A model generated the notes under the pieces. That model saw only the letters and a program-made list of their open reading frames with translations, searched no databases and had not been told where the DNA came from. From the NCBI GenBank assembly GCA_040902745.1, contig JBBDWR010000011.1, positions 50,320 to 114,319 on the forward strand: a DNA stretch of 64,000 nucleotides, written 5' to 3'. Numbering within the stretch: position 1 is the first letter of the stretch; each line of letters begins with the position of its first letter. The position numbers and the translations under genes are program-made. The DNA is from Actinomycetota bacterium (GTDB lineage: Bacteria > Actinomycetota > UBA4738 > HRBIN12). Shown here piece after piece: positions 19,605 through 28,301 of this stretch.

Positions 19605-20509
19605 AGCTGGGATTGCTCCTACCCTTGTTCACGGGCGATCCGGGCCGGGTGCGCGAGGCTGCCCAGCGTGCCGAGGAACTCGGGTTCGACGGCGGGTTCG
19701 GGTTCGACCATCTCTTTCCTCCATGGGCGGACGTGCAGCGCCCCTCGCTCGAGGTGTTCACCACTCTCGCCAACGTCGCCGCATCGACGTCGCGGCTCGC
19801 CCTCGGGACGTTGGTCGCTCGCGTGACGATCCGGCCGCCGGGGGTGCTCGCGAAACAGGCCGCCGCGCTCGATCAGCTCACCGATGGGCGGTTCGTGCTG
19901 GCCCTCGGAACCGGTGACGCCGAACGGGATCCCGAAGCTTCCACCTTTGGGTTCCCTTCTCCCACCGCCGCGGAACGCCGGACGCTCCTCGAGGAGACGG
20001 TGGGCGCGTGCCGAGCTCTGTTCGCGGGGGAGCAGTGGCCGGGCGGCGAACAGGTGCCGGCGATCTCGGGACCCCTCGCTCCACCCCCGGCCGGCCCCAC
20101 AGGTCCGCCGATCTGGATCGGGGGAACCTCACCCGCGGCGATCCGGATCGCAGCCAGGCTCGGTGACGCGTGGAACGGTTGGGGGCTGCACGCAGGCGGG
20201 TTCGGGGAGCGCGCGAAACGTCTCGCGAAGCAGACCGCCAGGTTCGGCCGTGTGGTCCCGCCGACATGGGCCGGACTCGCACTCGTGGGCAAGGACGAGG
20301 AGGAGCTTGCGCGGTTGCGCGCCAATCGGGACGAGCGAGGTGCGCCGGGACAGGGCGTCTGGACCGGCACGACGGACGCGTTCGCCGACGAACTCCGCTC
20401 GATCCGCGACGCAGGTGCTTCGTGGGCGATCGTGATGGCCGCCGGTCCCGCCGACCGGGTCGACGTGATCGCTGAGGCAGCTCGTCGCGCCGGCGTTCTC
20501 GGGAGGTGA
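19601..20509 (+). CDS. LLM-class (luciferase-like) F420-dependent oxidoreductase
   Basis: TIM-barrel LLM pattern (FGFDHLF...RLALGTGD...PPIWIGG). Confidence 0.75.
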   Translation: MKLGLLLPLFTGDPGRVREAAQRAEELGFDGGFGFDHLFPPWADVQRPSLEVFTTLANVAASTSRLALGTLVARVTIRPPGVLAKQAAALDQLTDGRFVLALGTGDAERDPEASTFGFPSPTAAERRTLLEETVGACRALFAGEQWPGGEQVPAISGPLAPPPAGPTGPPIWIGGTSPAAIRIAARLGDAWNGWGLHAGGFGERAKRLAKQTARFGRVVPPTWAGLALVGKDEEELARLRANRDERGAPGQGVWTGTTDAFADELRSIRDAGASWAIVMAAGPADRVDVIAEAARRAGVLGR

Positions 20510-20512
20510 GCG

Positions 20513-21118
20513 GTGGACGCGTTGTCATCGGGAGAGCTGAAGCGGCACAAGCGACGGATCCGGGAGGAGATCGTGCGACGGCGGGACGCCGTGCCGGCGC
20601 CCGATCGCGATGCGGCAGCCTTGCGGGTCACCGATCTCGTGGCGAGGATCCTGTCCGATCACAGCGCCCGCATCGTGATGGTGTTCTGGTCGTTCGGCTC
20701 TGAGCTCCCGACGGAAGGGTTGATCGAGCGGCTCGCGGATGAAGGTCGGACGGTCTGCCTGCCGCGCCTCGCGAAGGGGCAGATGCGTGCCCGGACCTAT
20801 CGTCCGGGCGATCCGGTGGTCGAGACGTCGTTCGGGGCCTACGAACCCGCGGATGGCGCGATCGTCGAGGCGGCAGACCTCGATGCCGTGCTCGTGCCGG
20901 CCGTCGCGTTCGATCGCCTGGGTTTCCGGGTCGGCTACGGGGGCGGATTCTACGACCGCTTCCTCCGGGGGGTTCGGCCCGACGCTCTTCGCATCGGAAT
21001 CGGGCTCGCGGCCCAGCGCGTCGAACAGGTCCCCCGAGGGCACTTCGACCTGCCCGTTGACCTCGTCGTTACCGAATACGGGGTCGACGATGTCGGTGGG
21101 CGGCGCTCTTCGACTTGA
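20513..21118 (+). CDS. 5-formyltetrahydrofolate cyclo-ligase (MTHFS)
   Basis: 201 aa with the C-terminal GYGGGFYDR motif typical of MTHFS. Confidence 0.8.
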   Translation: MDALSSGELKRHKRRIREEIVRRRDAVPAPDRDAAALRVTDLVARILSDHSARIVMVFWSFGSELPTEGLIERLADEGRTVCLPRLAKGQMRARTYRPGDPVVETSFGAYEPADGAIVEAADLDAVLVPAVAFDRLGFRVGYGGGFYDRFLRGVRPDALRIGIGLAAQRVEQVPRGHFDLPVDLVVTEYGVDDVGGRRSST

Positions 21119-21194
21119 ACCGCCAGTCAAATCCCTGGTAGAACCCGTGTGCATCACGTCCCCACCCACCGCTGCACGAGGAGGCCGATCCGCG

Positions 21195-22295
21195 ATGGTC
21201 GACGAGCACGAGTCCCCCTTCTACGCGATCCAAGAGTCCTTGGGCGCCACCTTCGTTCCGGAGGGTGGTTGGTTCTGGACGGATACCTTCGGCGACACCG
21301 ACGCCGAGTACAAGGCGCCGCGTGAAGGTGTCGGCATGTGGGATCTGGCTCCCTTGAACAAGTGGGAGTTCACCGGGAAGGATGCGACGGCCGCGATCCA
21401 GCGCATGAACTCCAACGACATCGTGGGGATGCGCCCGGGCAGGGTTCGCTACGGCGCGTTCCTCGATGCCGATGGCCGCATGATCGATGACGGAACCGTG
21501 TACAAGTTCAACGACGAGCGCTATTGGGTGATGACCAACGGGATGGAACGGCGCGAGTACTTCGCCGAGAACACCCAGGGTCTGGACGTGAACATCGAGT
21601 ACCGCTCGTTCGAGCTGCCGAACCTCCAGGTCCAGGGACCGCGTTCCCGGGACCTGTTGGGTTCGCTCACCGACGTCGACCTCGCAGCACTGAAATACTT
21701 CTCGTTCCTCCCCGAGCAGGTGGCGGTCGGCGGCGTTCCGGTGACGCTCTCGCGCACGGGGTTCTCCGGCGAGCTCGGGTTCGAGCTGTTCGTCGCTGCG
21801 GAGAACGCCGATGCCCTGTGGAAGGCTGTGCACGGTGCCGGAGCGCAGCCCTACGGCGTCGGCGTGATCGAGCCGATCCGCATCGAAACAGGCATGATCG
21901 TGACGGACTACGACTACGAACCGAACGCGCGAACGCCTTTCGACTTCAGCATGGACCGGCTCGTCGCGACCGACGTCGCAGGCGCCGAGTTCAACGGCAA
22001 GGCGAAACTCACGGAGATCGCGAAGAACCCGCCGAACCGGTTCAAGACGGTGAAGTGGGACGGCGACGTCACTCCAGAGTACGGCTCGGCGATCACCAAG
22101 GACGGCGAAGAGGTCGGGGTCTGCACGAGCCCCTGTCAGAGCCCGAAGTTCGGCGGCATCGGGCTGGCGATCCTTCGATCGGATGTCGCGATCGACGGCG
22201 AGAAGATCGAGGTCGCACACGAGGACGGAACGCTTCCCGCGACGATCGATGTGCTCGCGATCTACGACCCCGACAAGCGCAAGCCTCGAAGCTGA
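21195..22295 (+). CDS. GcvT-family aminomethyltransferase-like protein (THF-dependent C1 transferase/demethylase-like), paralog 1
   Basis: 366 aa from the internal ATG (MVDEHESPFY...) show glycine-cleavage T-protein family architecture. The upstream 150 codons of the track ORF are an artifact. Confidence 0.8.
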   Translation: MVDEHESPFYAIQESLGATFVPEGGWFWTDTFGDTDAEYKAPREGVGMWDLAPLNKWEFTGKDATAAIQRMNSNDIVGMRPGRVRYGAFLDADGRMIDDGTVYKFNDERYWVMTNGMERREYFAENTQGLDVNIEYRSFELPNLQVQGPRSRDLLGSLTDVDLAALKYFSFLPEQVAVGGVPVTLSRTGFSGELGFELFVAAENADALWKAVHGAGAQPYGVGVIEPIRIETGMIVTDYDYEPNARTPFDFSMDRLVATDVAGAEFNGKAKLTEIAKNPPNRFKTVKWDGDVTPEYGSAITKDGEEVGVCTSPCQSPKFGGIGLAILRSDVAIDGEKIEVAHEDGTLPATIDVLAIYDPDKRKPRS

Positions 22296-22334
22296 GCGCG
22301 TTCGTATCGGCGAGACGAACGAAGGGAAACCCAG

Positions 22335-23438
22335 ATGGCTGATCCGGTGAAGTCCCCGCTCTACGACGTGCAGGCCCAAGCCGGGGCGGAGTTCGAGGAT
22401 TTCGACGGCTTTTTGTGGACGGCACACCTCGGCGACGTGATGGGGGAGTACGAGACTGTTCGCACGGGTGCCGGTCTGTGGGATGTGTATCCGCTGGTGA
22501 AATGGGACTTCTCCGGCACCGACGCGCTTCGGGCGGCACAGCGCGTGTTCACCAATGACGTGGTGCACTTGCAGACGGGCCAAGTCCGCTACGGCGCTTT
22601 CGTCGACGACACGGGCAACATGGTGGACGACGGCACGATCTACAAGCTCACCGACGATCACTGCTGGGTCATGACTAACCTTCCCGGCTACGACGCATAC
22701 TTCGCCGGCGCGATGCAGGGGTTGGACGTGAAGATCGAGGATCGCACCTACGACATGCCGTTGATCTCGCTGCAGGGCCCCGACTCGCGGGCCGTGTTGT
22801 CGAAGGTGACCGACGCAGATCTGTCCGAGCTCCGGTACTTCCGGTTCTGGCCCGAGCGCGTTCAAGTCGCCGGTATCCCCGCGTGGGTGCTTCGCACCGG
22901 ATTCTCAGGCGAGGTCGGCTACGAGTTGATCCCCGATCGCGACCGCGCGGTCGAGCTGTGGAACGCGCTCCAAGCGGCCGGGGCGCGGCCGTTCGGTACC
23001 CACGCGATCGAGATCGCGCGCATCGAGGCGGGCCTGATCGTCGCAGGGGTCGAGTACGAGCCCGGAGTGCGCTCGCCCTATGACCTCTCGCTCGACCGGA
23101 TGGTCGCGATCGACGATCCGGCGTGCGATTTCCTGGGCAAGGACCGACTCACGCAGATCGCCGCCGACCCACCCAACCGTTTCAAGACGCTGCGCATCAA
23201 GGGCACCGCCGTGCCAGGGTACGGAACCGCGGTGATGCTGGGCGGCGAGGAGGAAGTCGGCACACTCACGAGCGCGATCGACAGCCCTCCGTTCGGCGTG
23301 ATCGGACTCGCGGTACTCCGGAGCGATCAGTCCGTCGACGGCACTCAGCTCCAGGTTGCTGTGGAGGGCGGCGCGGCCGAGGCAACGGTGGCGCCCTTGT
23401 CGATCTACGATCCGCAGAAGCGCAAGCCCCGCGGCTGA
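22335..23438 (+). CDS. GcvT-family aminomethyltransferase-like protein, paralog 2
   Basis: 367 aa, about 50% identical to paralog 1 (RYGAFVDDTGNMVDDGTIYK..., both ending IYDPDKRKPR). Confidence 0.85.
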   Translation: MADPVKSPLYDVQAQAGAEFEDFDGFLWTAHLGDVMGEYETVRTGAGLWDVYPLVKWDFSGTDALRAAQRVFTNDVVHLQTGQVRYGAFVDDTGNMVDDGTIYKLTDDHCWVMTNLPGYDAYFAGAMQGLDVKIEDRTYDMPLISLQGPDSRAVLSKVTDADLSELRYFRFWPERVQVAGIPAWVLRTGFSGEVGYELIPDRDRAVELWNALQAAGARPFGTHAIEIARIEAGLIVAGVEYEPGVRSPYDLSLDRMVAIDDPACDFLGKDRLTQIAADPPNRFKTLRIKGTAVPGYGTAVMLGGEEEVGTLTSAIDSPPFGVIGLAVLRSDQSVDGTQLQVAVEGGAAEATVAPLSIYDPQKRKPRG

Positions 23439-23489
23439 TCCGAGCGGCGGTCGTCAGGATCAGGTCGCCCGGATCCGGTGAGCGGAGCC

Positions 23490-25160
23490 TCAGAACAAGC
23501 CAACCGTGCGGCCGTCGGTGTCGATGTCGACCTTCTGGAACGCGGGGGTTCTGCCGAGCCCCGGCATCCGCTGCATGTCGCCGCAGAGCACCACCACGAA
23601 TCCCGCACCGGCACTGGGAACCACGGATCGCACCGGGAGCCAAAAGCCCCGTGGGCGGTTGAGCAGGGTCGGGTCATGCGAGAGGGACAGGTGGGTTTTG
23701 GCCATACAGACGGGGAAGGTCCCGAATCCGAGAGCGTCCATCCGCACGATGTCCTTGCGGGCCTGGGGAAGGAGATCCACGCCCTGTGCTCCGTAGAGCT
23801 GGGTTGCGATCGCCTCGATCTGCTCGGTGATCGGCGTTCCGTTCGGCGTGAGGTGCGAGAAGGTGTTCGGCTGTTCGCACGCCTCGACGACCGCGTTCGC
23901 GAGGGTCACCGCACCGTCTCCGCCGTCGGCGAATCCCTCGTTGACGACGACGGTCTGTGCTCCGGCGGCGGTTGCGAGCCGTTCGATCAGTTCGATCTCC
24001 GCGGGCGTGTCGGTCGGGAACCGGTTGATCGACACCACGCACGGGAGTCCATAGCGCTTCACGATCTCGATGTGGGCGGTCAGGTTGTCCATGCCGTCGC
24101 GCAGCGCGTTCAGATCCTCCGTGCCGAGGTCTTCGAAGCGCTTGCCACCGTGAGACTTCGTGGCGCGCACCGTCGTCACCAGCACCGCGGCGCTCGGCGC
24201 GAATCCGCCGACTCGGCACACGATGTCGCAGAACTTCTGGAACCCGAGATCTGATGCGAAGCCCGCCTCCGTGACCACGTAGTCCGCGAGCTTGAGGGCG
24301 ATGCGATCCTCGATGATGGAGTTGTTCGCGTGGGCGATGTTGCCGAACGGGCCGGCGTGTAGCAGCACGGGCTGGTGTTCAAGCGTCTGCACGAGGTTGG
24401 GCTTTATCGCGTCCTTCATGACCACGGTCATCGCCCCGGCGGCCTGAAGATCCTCCGCGGTGACCGGCTTGCCGTCGCGCGTCTCGGCGACCACGATCCT
24501 GCCGAGTCGGTCCCGCAGATCCCGCAGATCGTTCGCGAGGGCGAGGATCGCCATGATCTCCGATGCCGCAGTGATCACGAAGGAGTTTTCGCGGGGAACC
24601 CCGTGCGTCTTGCCCCCGAGACCGACGACCGTGTTACGCAGCTCGCGGTCGTTCATGTCCATCGCGCGCGGCCAAGTGATCGTTGCCGGATCGATGTCGA
24701 GCAGGTTGCCGTGGTACAGCGACGCGTCGAGGGCCGCGGCAAGGAGATTGTGTGCGGCCGTGACCGCGTGGAAGTCCCCGTTGAAGTGGAGATTGATCTC
24801 CTCCATCGGGACCACCTGTGCGAATCCACCGCCGGTGCCACCGCCTTTGATTCCGAAGACGGGGCCCATGCTCGGCTCGCGCAGGCAGAGCATCACGTCC
24901 TTGCCGATCTTCCCGAGGCCCTGAGTGAGCGATACGGACGTGGTCGTCTTGCCTTCTCCGGCCTTCGTAGGGGTGATCGCCGTCGTGATGACGAGTTTGC
25001 CGTCGGGGCGGTCGGCCAGGCGTTCGAGCGCGGAGAGTTGGATCTTGGCCCTGGAGGCGCCGTAGGGCTCGACCTCGTCGGGGAGCAGTCCCGCTTCCCG
25101 GGCAACGTCGGTGATGGGGCGAAGCTCCGCCTCCTGCGCGATCTCCAGTCCGCTCTTCAT
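23490..25160 (-). CDS. fhs: Formate-tetrahydrofolate ligase (10-formyl-THF synthetase)
   Basis: 556 aa from MKSGLEIAQ with the FTHFS signatures PTKAGEGKTTT and the GGGFAQVVPM region. The upstream 62 codons of the track ORF are an artifact. Confidence 0.9.
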   Translation of the reverse strand: MKSGLEIAQEAELRPITDVAREAGLLPDEVEPYGASRAKIQLSALERLADRPDGKLVITTAITPTKAGEGKTTTSVSLTQGLGKIGKDVMLCLREPSMGPVFGIKGGGTGGGFAQVVPMEEINLHFNGDFHAVTAAHNLLAAALDASLYHGNLLDIDPATITWPRAMDMNDRELRNTVVGLGGKTHGVPRENSFVITAASEIMAILALANDLRDLRDRLGRIVVAETRDGKPVTAEDLQAAGAMTVVMKDAIKPNLVQTLEHQPVLLHAGPFGNIAHANNSIIEDRIALKLADYVVTEAGFASDLGFQKFCDIVCRVGGFAPSAAVLVTTVRATKSHGGKRFEDLGTEDLNALRDGMDNLTAHIEIVKRYGLPCVVSINRFPTDTPAEIELIERLATAAGAQTVVVNEGFADGGDGAVTLANAVVEACEQPNTFSHLTPNGTPITEQIEAIATQLYGAQGVDLLPQARKDIVRMDALGFGTFPVCMAKTHLSLSHDPTLLNRPRGFWLPVRSVVPSAGAGFVVVLCGDMQRMPGLGRTPAFQKVDIDTDGRTVGLF

Positions 25161-25323
25161 GCTTGGCGGTCCCCTTCGTCTGAATGGCCGTTCAACTGGT
25201 TCGGACGATACAACCCTGGCGGAATGGCTCCAAACGTGACACCCGTGAGAACGACCGTGGGTCAGGCCGCCGCGCAGGCAGGGGCGGGCGCGGCCTGCGG
25301 CCGGGGTAGACCCCGAGCGGCGT

Positions 25324-26205
25324 ATGGACCCTCGCGGTTGCCGCACCTACCCTGGAGAGATGGCCGCCACCGAACCGCTGCGCAGGAACGTTGCACGCAC
25401 CAAGATCGTCGCCGTCAACGCAGGCGTGCGGTCGGAGCGGCCCGACACGCTCGCGGCCGAAGAGCCGATGGAGATCCGCGCGGGCGGTCCCGGCCAGGAC
25501 ACCGGTTCGGTTGCCGTCACGATGCGCACGCCCGGTGGCGATTTCGAACTCGCCGTCGGGTTCCTGTTCACCGAGGGCCTGATCCGCGGGCGCGACGAGA
25601 TCGATCGGGTCGCATATTGCGACGACGTCGGACCGGACGAACAGCGCTACAACATCGTGACCGTTCGGCTCGCCCATGCCTTCGACACCGAGTCGGTCCG
25701 CAGGAACTTCTACGCCTCGTCGAGTTGCGGTGTCTGTGGCAAGGCATCGATCGACGACATCCAGGTGCGCTGCGCTCCGGTCGCACCGGGACCGCAGGTC
25801 GAGGGCTCGATCATCGCCGGACTCCCCGATGCGCTCCGCCGGGCACAGCCGGTGTTCGACAAGACCGGTGGCTTGCATGCTGCGGGGTTGTTCGGCGTCG
25901 ACGGCGGCCTGATCAGTCTGCGCGAGGATGTCGGGCGGCACAACGCGGTCGACAAGGTCATCGGTGAGCAGCTGCTGGCCGGCACGGTACCGCTGGCCGA
26001 GCGCATCCTTCAGGTTTCGGGTCGAGTCAGCTTCGAGATCGTGCAGAAGGCCGCGGTTGCCGGGATCCCGGTGATCTCGGCGGTGAGTGCGCCGTCGAGC
26101 CTGGCGGTCGAGGCCGCCGAGGGCTTCGGCATGACCGTCGTTGGCTTCGTGCGCGACGATCGGTTCAATGTCTACTCTCACCCCGAACGCATCGGGACCA
26201 CCTGA
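25324..26205 (+). CDS. fdhD: Formate dehydrogenase accessory sulfurtransferase FdhD
   Basis: FdhD family (SSCGVCGK active-site Cys motif, GRHNAVDK). The alternative start ATG at 25360 has an adjacent GGAGAG. Confidence 0.8.
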   Translation: MDPRGCRTYPGEMAATEPLRRNVARTKIVAVNAGVRSERPDTLAAEEPMEIRAGGPGQDTGSVAVTMRTPGGDFELAVGFLFTEGLIRGRDEIDRVAYCDDVGPDEQRYNIVTVRLAHAFDTESVRRNFYASSSCGVCGKASIDDIQVRCAPVAPGPQVEGSIIAGLPDALRRAQPVFDKTGGLHAAGLFGVDGGLISLREDVGRHNAVDKVIGEQLLAGTVPLAERILQVSGRVSFEIVQKAAVAGIPVISAVSAPSSLAVEAAEGFGMTVVGFVRDDRFNVYSHPERIGTT

Positions 26206-26350
26206 GGTCTCTGGGCGGTCATACGGTCGACCCCCGCCCGGCGGGGTGCGACCAAGGGTCATGGCCGAGGTCCGGATCCCATTTGAACGGGGGTTTAGAA
26301 TCGTGGAGCAACCGGCCGATGCCGGTTGGACATCTCGGAAAGGAGCGCCG

Positions 26351-28282
26351 ATGCCGAACGGGCTCGCGCGACTCACGGAGCCGATGGTTCGCGAGAACGG
26401 CGAGCTGCGCGTCGTCCCCTGGGAGGTGGCCCTGGACCGGGCCGCCGAGGGGCTGCGCGCGGCGACCGATGCGAACGGCGGGGACGGAGTCGGCCTGTTC
26501 AGCTGCTCGAAGGCCACCAACGAGATGAACTTCGTTGCTCAGAAGTTCATCCGCCAGGCCCTTCGCAGCAACAACATCGATAGCTGTAACCGCACCTGAC
26601 ACGCACCTTCGGTCGTCGGTCTGGCGACCGTGTTCGGGGCAGGTGGTGGCACAAGTTCATACGAGGAGGTCGAACACACGGACCTCGTGATCCTCTGGGG
26701 ATCGAATGCGCGAGAGACGCACCCGATCTTCTTCCATCACGTCCTCGCCGGGATCCACAACGGTGCGCGGCTGTTCGCCGTGGATCCTCGGCGCACCTCC
26801 TCGGCCGAATGGGCCGATCTCTGGCTGGGGATCGACGTCGGTACCGACGTCGCGTTGTCGAACACGATGGCGAGGGAGATCATCGCGAGCGACTTGCACG
26901 ACAAGACGTTCATCTCGCGGGCGACCAGCGGGTTCGCCGCGTACGAGAAGAGCGTCGAGGACTGGACGCTCGACCGAGGGGCGGCCGTTACCGGCGTCCC
27001 GGCGGAGGTGATCCGGGAGGCCGCCCACGCGTACGCACGCGCGGACCGCGCGATGATCTGCTGGACGCTCGGGATCACCGAGCACCACAACGCGGTCGAC
27101 AACGTGCTCGCGTTGATCAACCTCGGCCTGCTGACCGGTCACGTCGGCACCTACGGCAGCGGACTCAATCCGCTTCGCGGACAGAACAACGTTCAGGGCG
27201 GTGGAGACATGGGCGCGATCCCGAACAAGCTCCCCGGGTTCCAGGACCTCGAGCGAGATCCGGCCGCGCGCGAGCGGTTCGAGCGCGCGTGGGGGGTTCC
27301 GATCGCTCCGAAGTATGGCTGGCACCTGACGCAGATGTTCGAGGCGATGGAGCGTGGCGAACTGACGGCTGTTTACGTGATCGGGGAGAATCCCGCGAGT
27401 TCAGAGGCCGACATGCATCGGGCCCGCAAGCTGCTGTCCAACCTCGACACCCTGATCGTGCAAGACATCTTCATGACGAAGACGGCGGAGATGGCTGATG
27501 TGGTGCTGCCCGCCTCAGCCTCGTGGGCCGAGACCGAGGGGACGGTGACCAACTCAGAGCGCCGGGTGCAGCGTGTTCGCAAGGCGCTCGACCCTCCCGG
27601 GAACGCACGCGACGACGTCTGGATCATCAACCAGCTCGCGAACCGGCTCGGACTGAGCTGGGGTGAGGTGACGCCGCATGCCGCGTGGGACGAACTCCGC
27701 ACCCTGAGCCCGATGCACGGCGGGATGAGCTGGAAGCGGCTCGAGGAGGAGGGCGGGCTCCAGTGGCCCTGCCCGGACGAAGAGCATCCCGGGACCCTCT
27801 TCCTGCACGAACGGCTCTGGGAGGAGGATCCCGCTGCGCGAGGCGAGCCCGCACCGTTCAGCATCACGATCGACTCCGCGCCCGTCGACGAGCTGACAGA
27901 TGAGTATCCGCTGCGGCTGACGACGGGACGGCGCCTGACCGACTACAACACGGGCGTGCAGACGGGTGGATTCTCCTCACCCCTGCGTCGGCAGGAGTCC
28001 GTCGACATCTCGCCCGAGGATGCGCGAGACCTCGGTGTGGCCGAGGGGGAGATCGTTCGCGTGACCTCTCGGCGGGGGACGGTCGACGCGCCGATCCGGA
28101 TCGACACGGTCCTGCGGCCGGGGCTGATCTTCATGACGTTCCACTTCCCCGAAGAGGTGGAGACGAACAAGCTCACCATCGACGCCACCGATCCCAAGTC
28201 CGGAACCGCCGAGTTCAAGGCGGCGGCGGTGCGGATCGACAAGTTGCCGGACGTGGTTGCCGCCGGCGGGGGCGGATCGTAG
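26351..28282 (+). CDS. fdhA: Formate dehydrogenase Mo-bisPGD catalytic subunit; probable selenocysteine at an in-frame TGA (26597-26599); lacks the N-terminal Fe4S4 domain
   Basis: The ATG is preceded by the RBS GGAAAGGAG. The translation across the TGA reads CNRT-U-HAPSVVGL, which aligns with E. coli FdhF CARV-U-HGPSVAGL. The downstream frame continues as molybdopterin oxidoreductase domains to 28282. The ORF track splits this gene into 26141..26599 and 26630..28282. Confidence 0.8.
26597..26599 (+). other. In-frame UGA, predicted selenocysteine codon
   Basis: Its position corresponds to the Sec/Cys active-site residue of FDH-alpha. Confidence 0.65.
26610..26630 (+). other. SECIS-like hairpin (CGGUCG-UCGGUCUGG-CGACCG)
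   Basis: A 6-bp stem with a 9-nt loop containing GGUC starts 11 nt after the UGA. This is the usual place for a bacterial SECIS. Confidence 0.45.
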
Positions 28283-28301
28283 TGCCCGAGCGGCAGGGGG
28301 C

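Noticed and set aside
21069-22865. 598-aa minus-strand ORF
   Set aside because: Antisense to the two GcvT-like genes.
26141-26599. Stand-alone 152-aa ORF ending at the TGA
   Set aside because: It is not a separate gene. It is the 5' part of the FDH catalytic subunit read through the UGA (Sec). The part upstream of the ATG at 26351 is probably untranslated.
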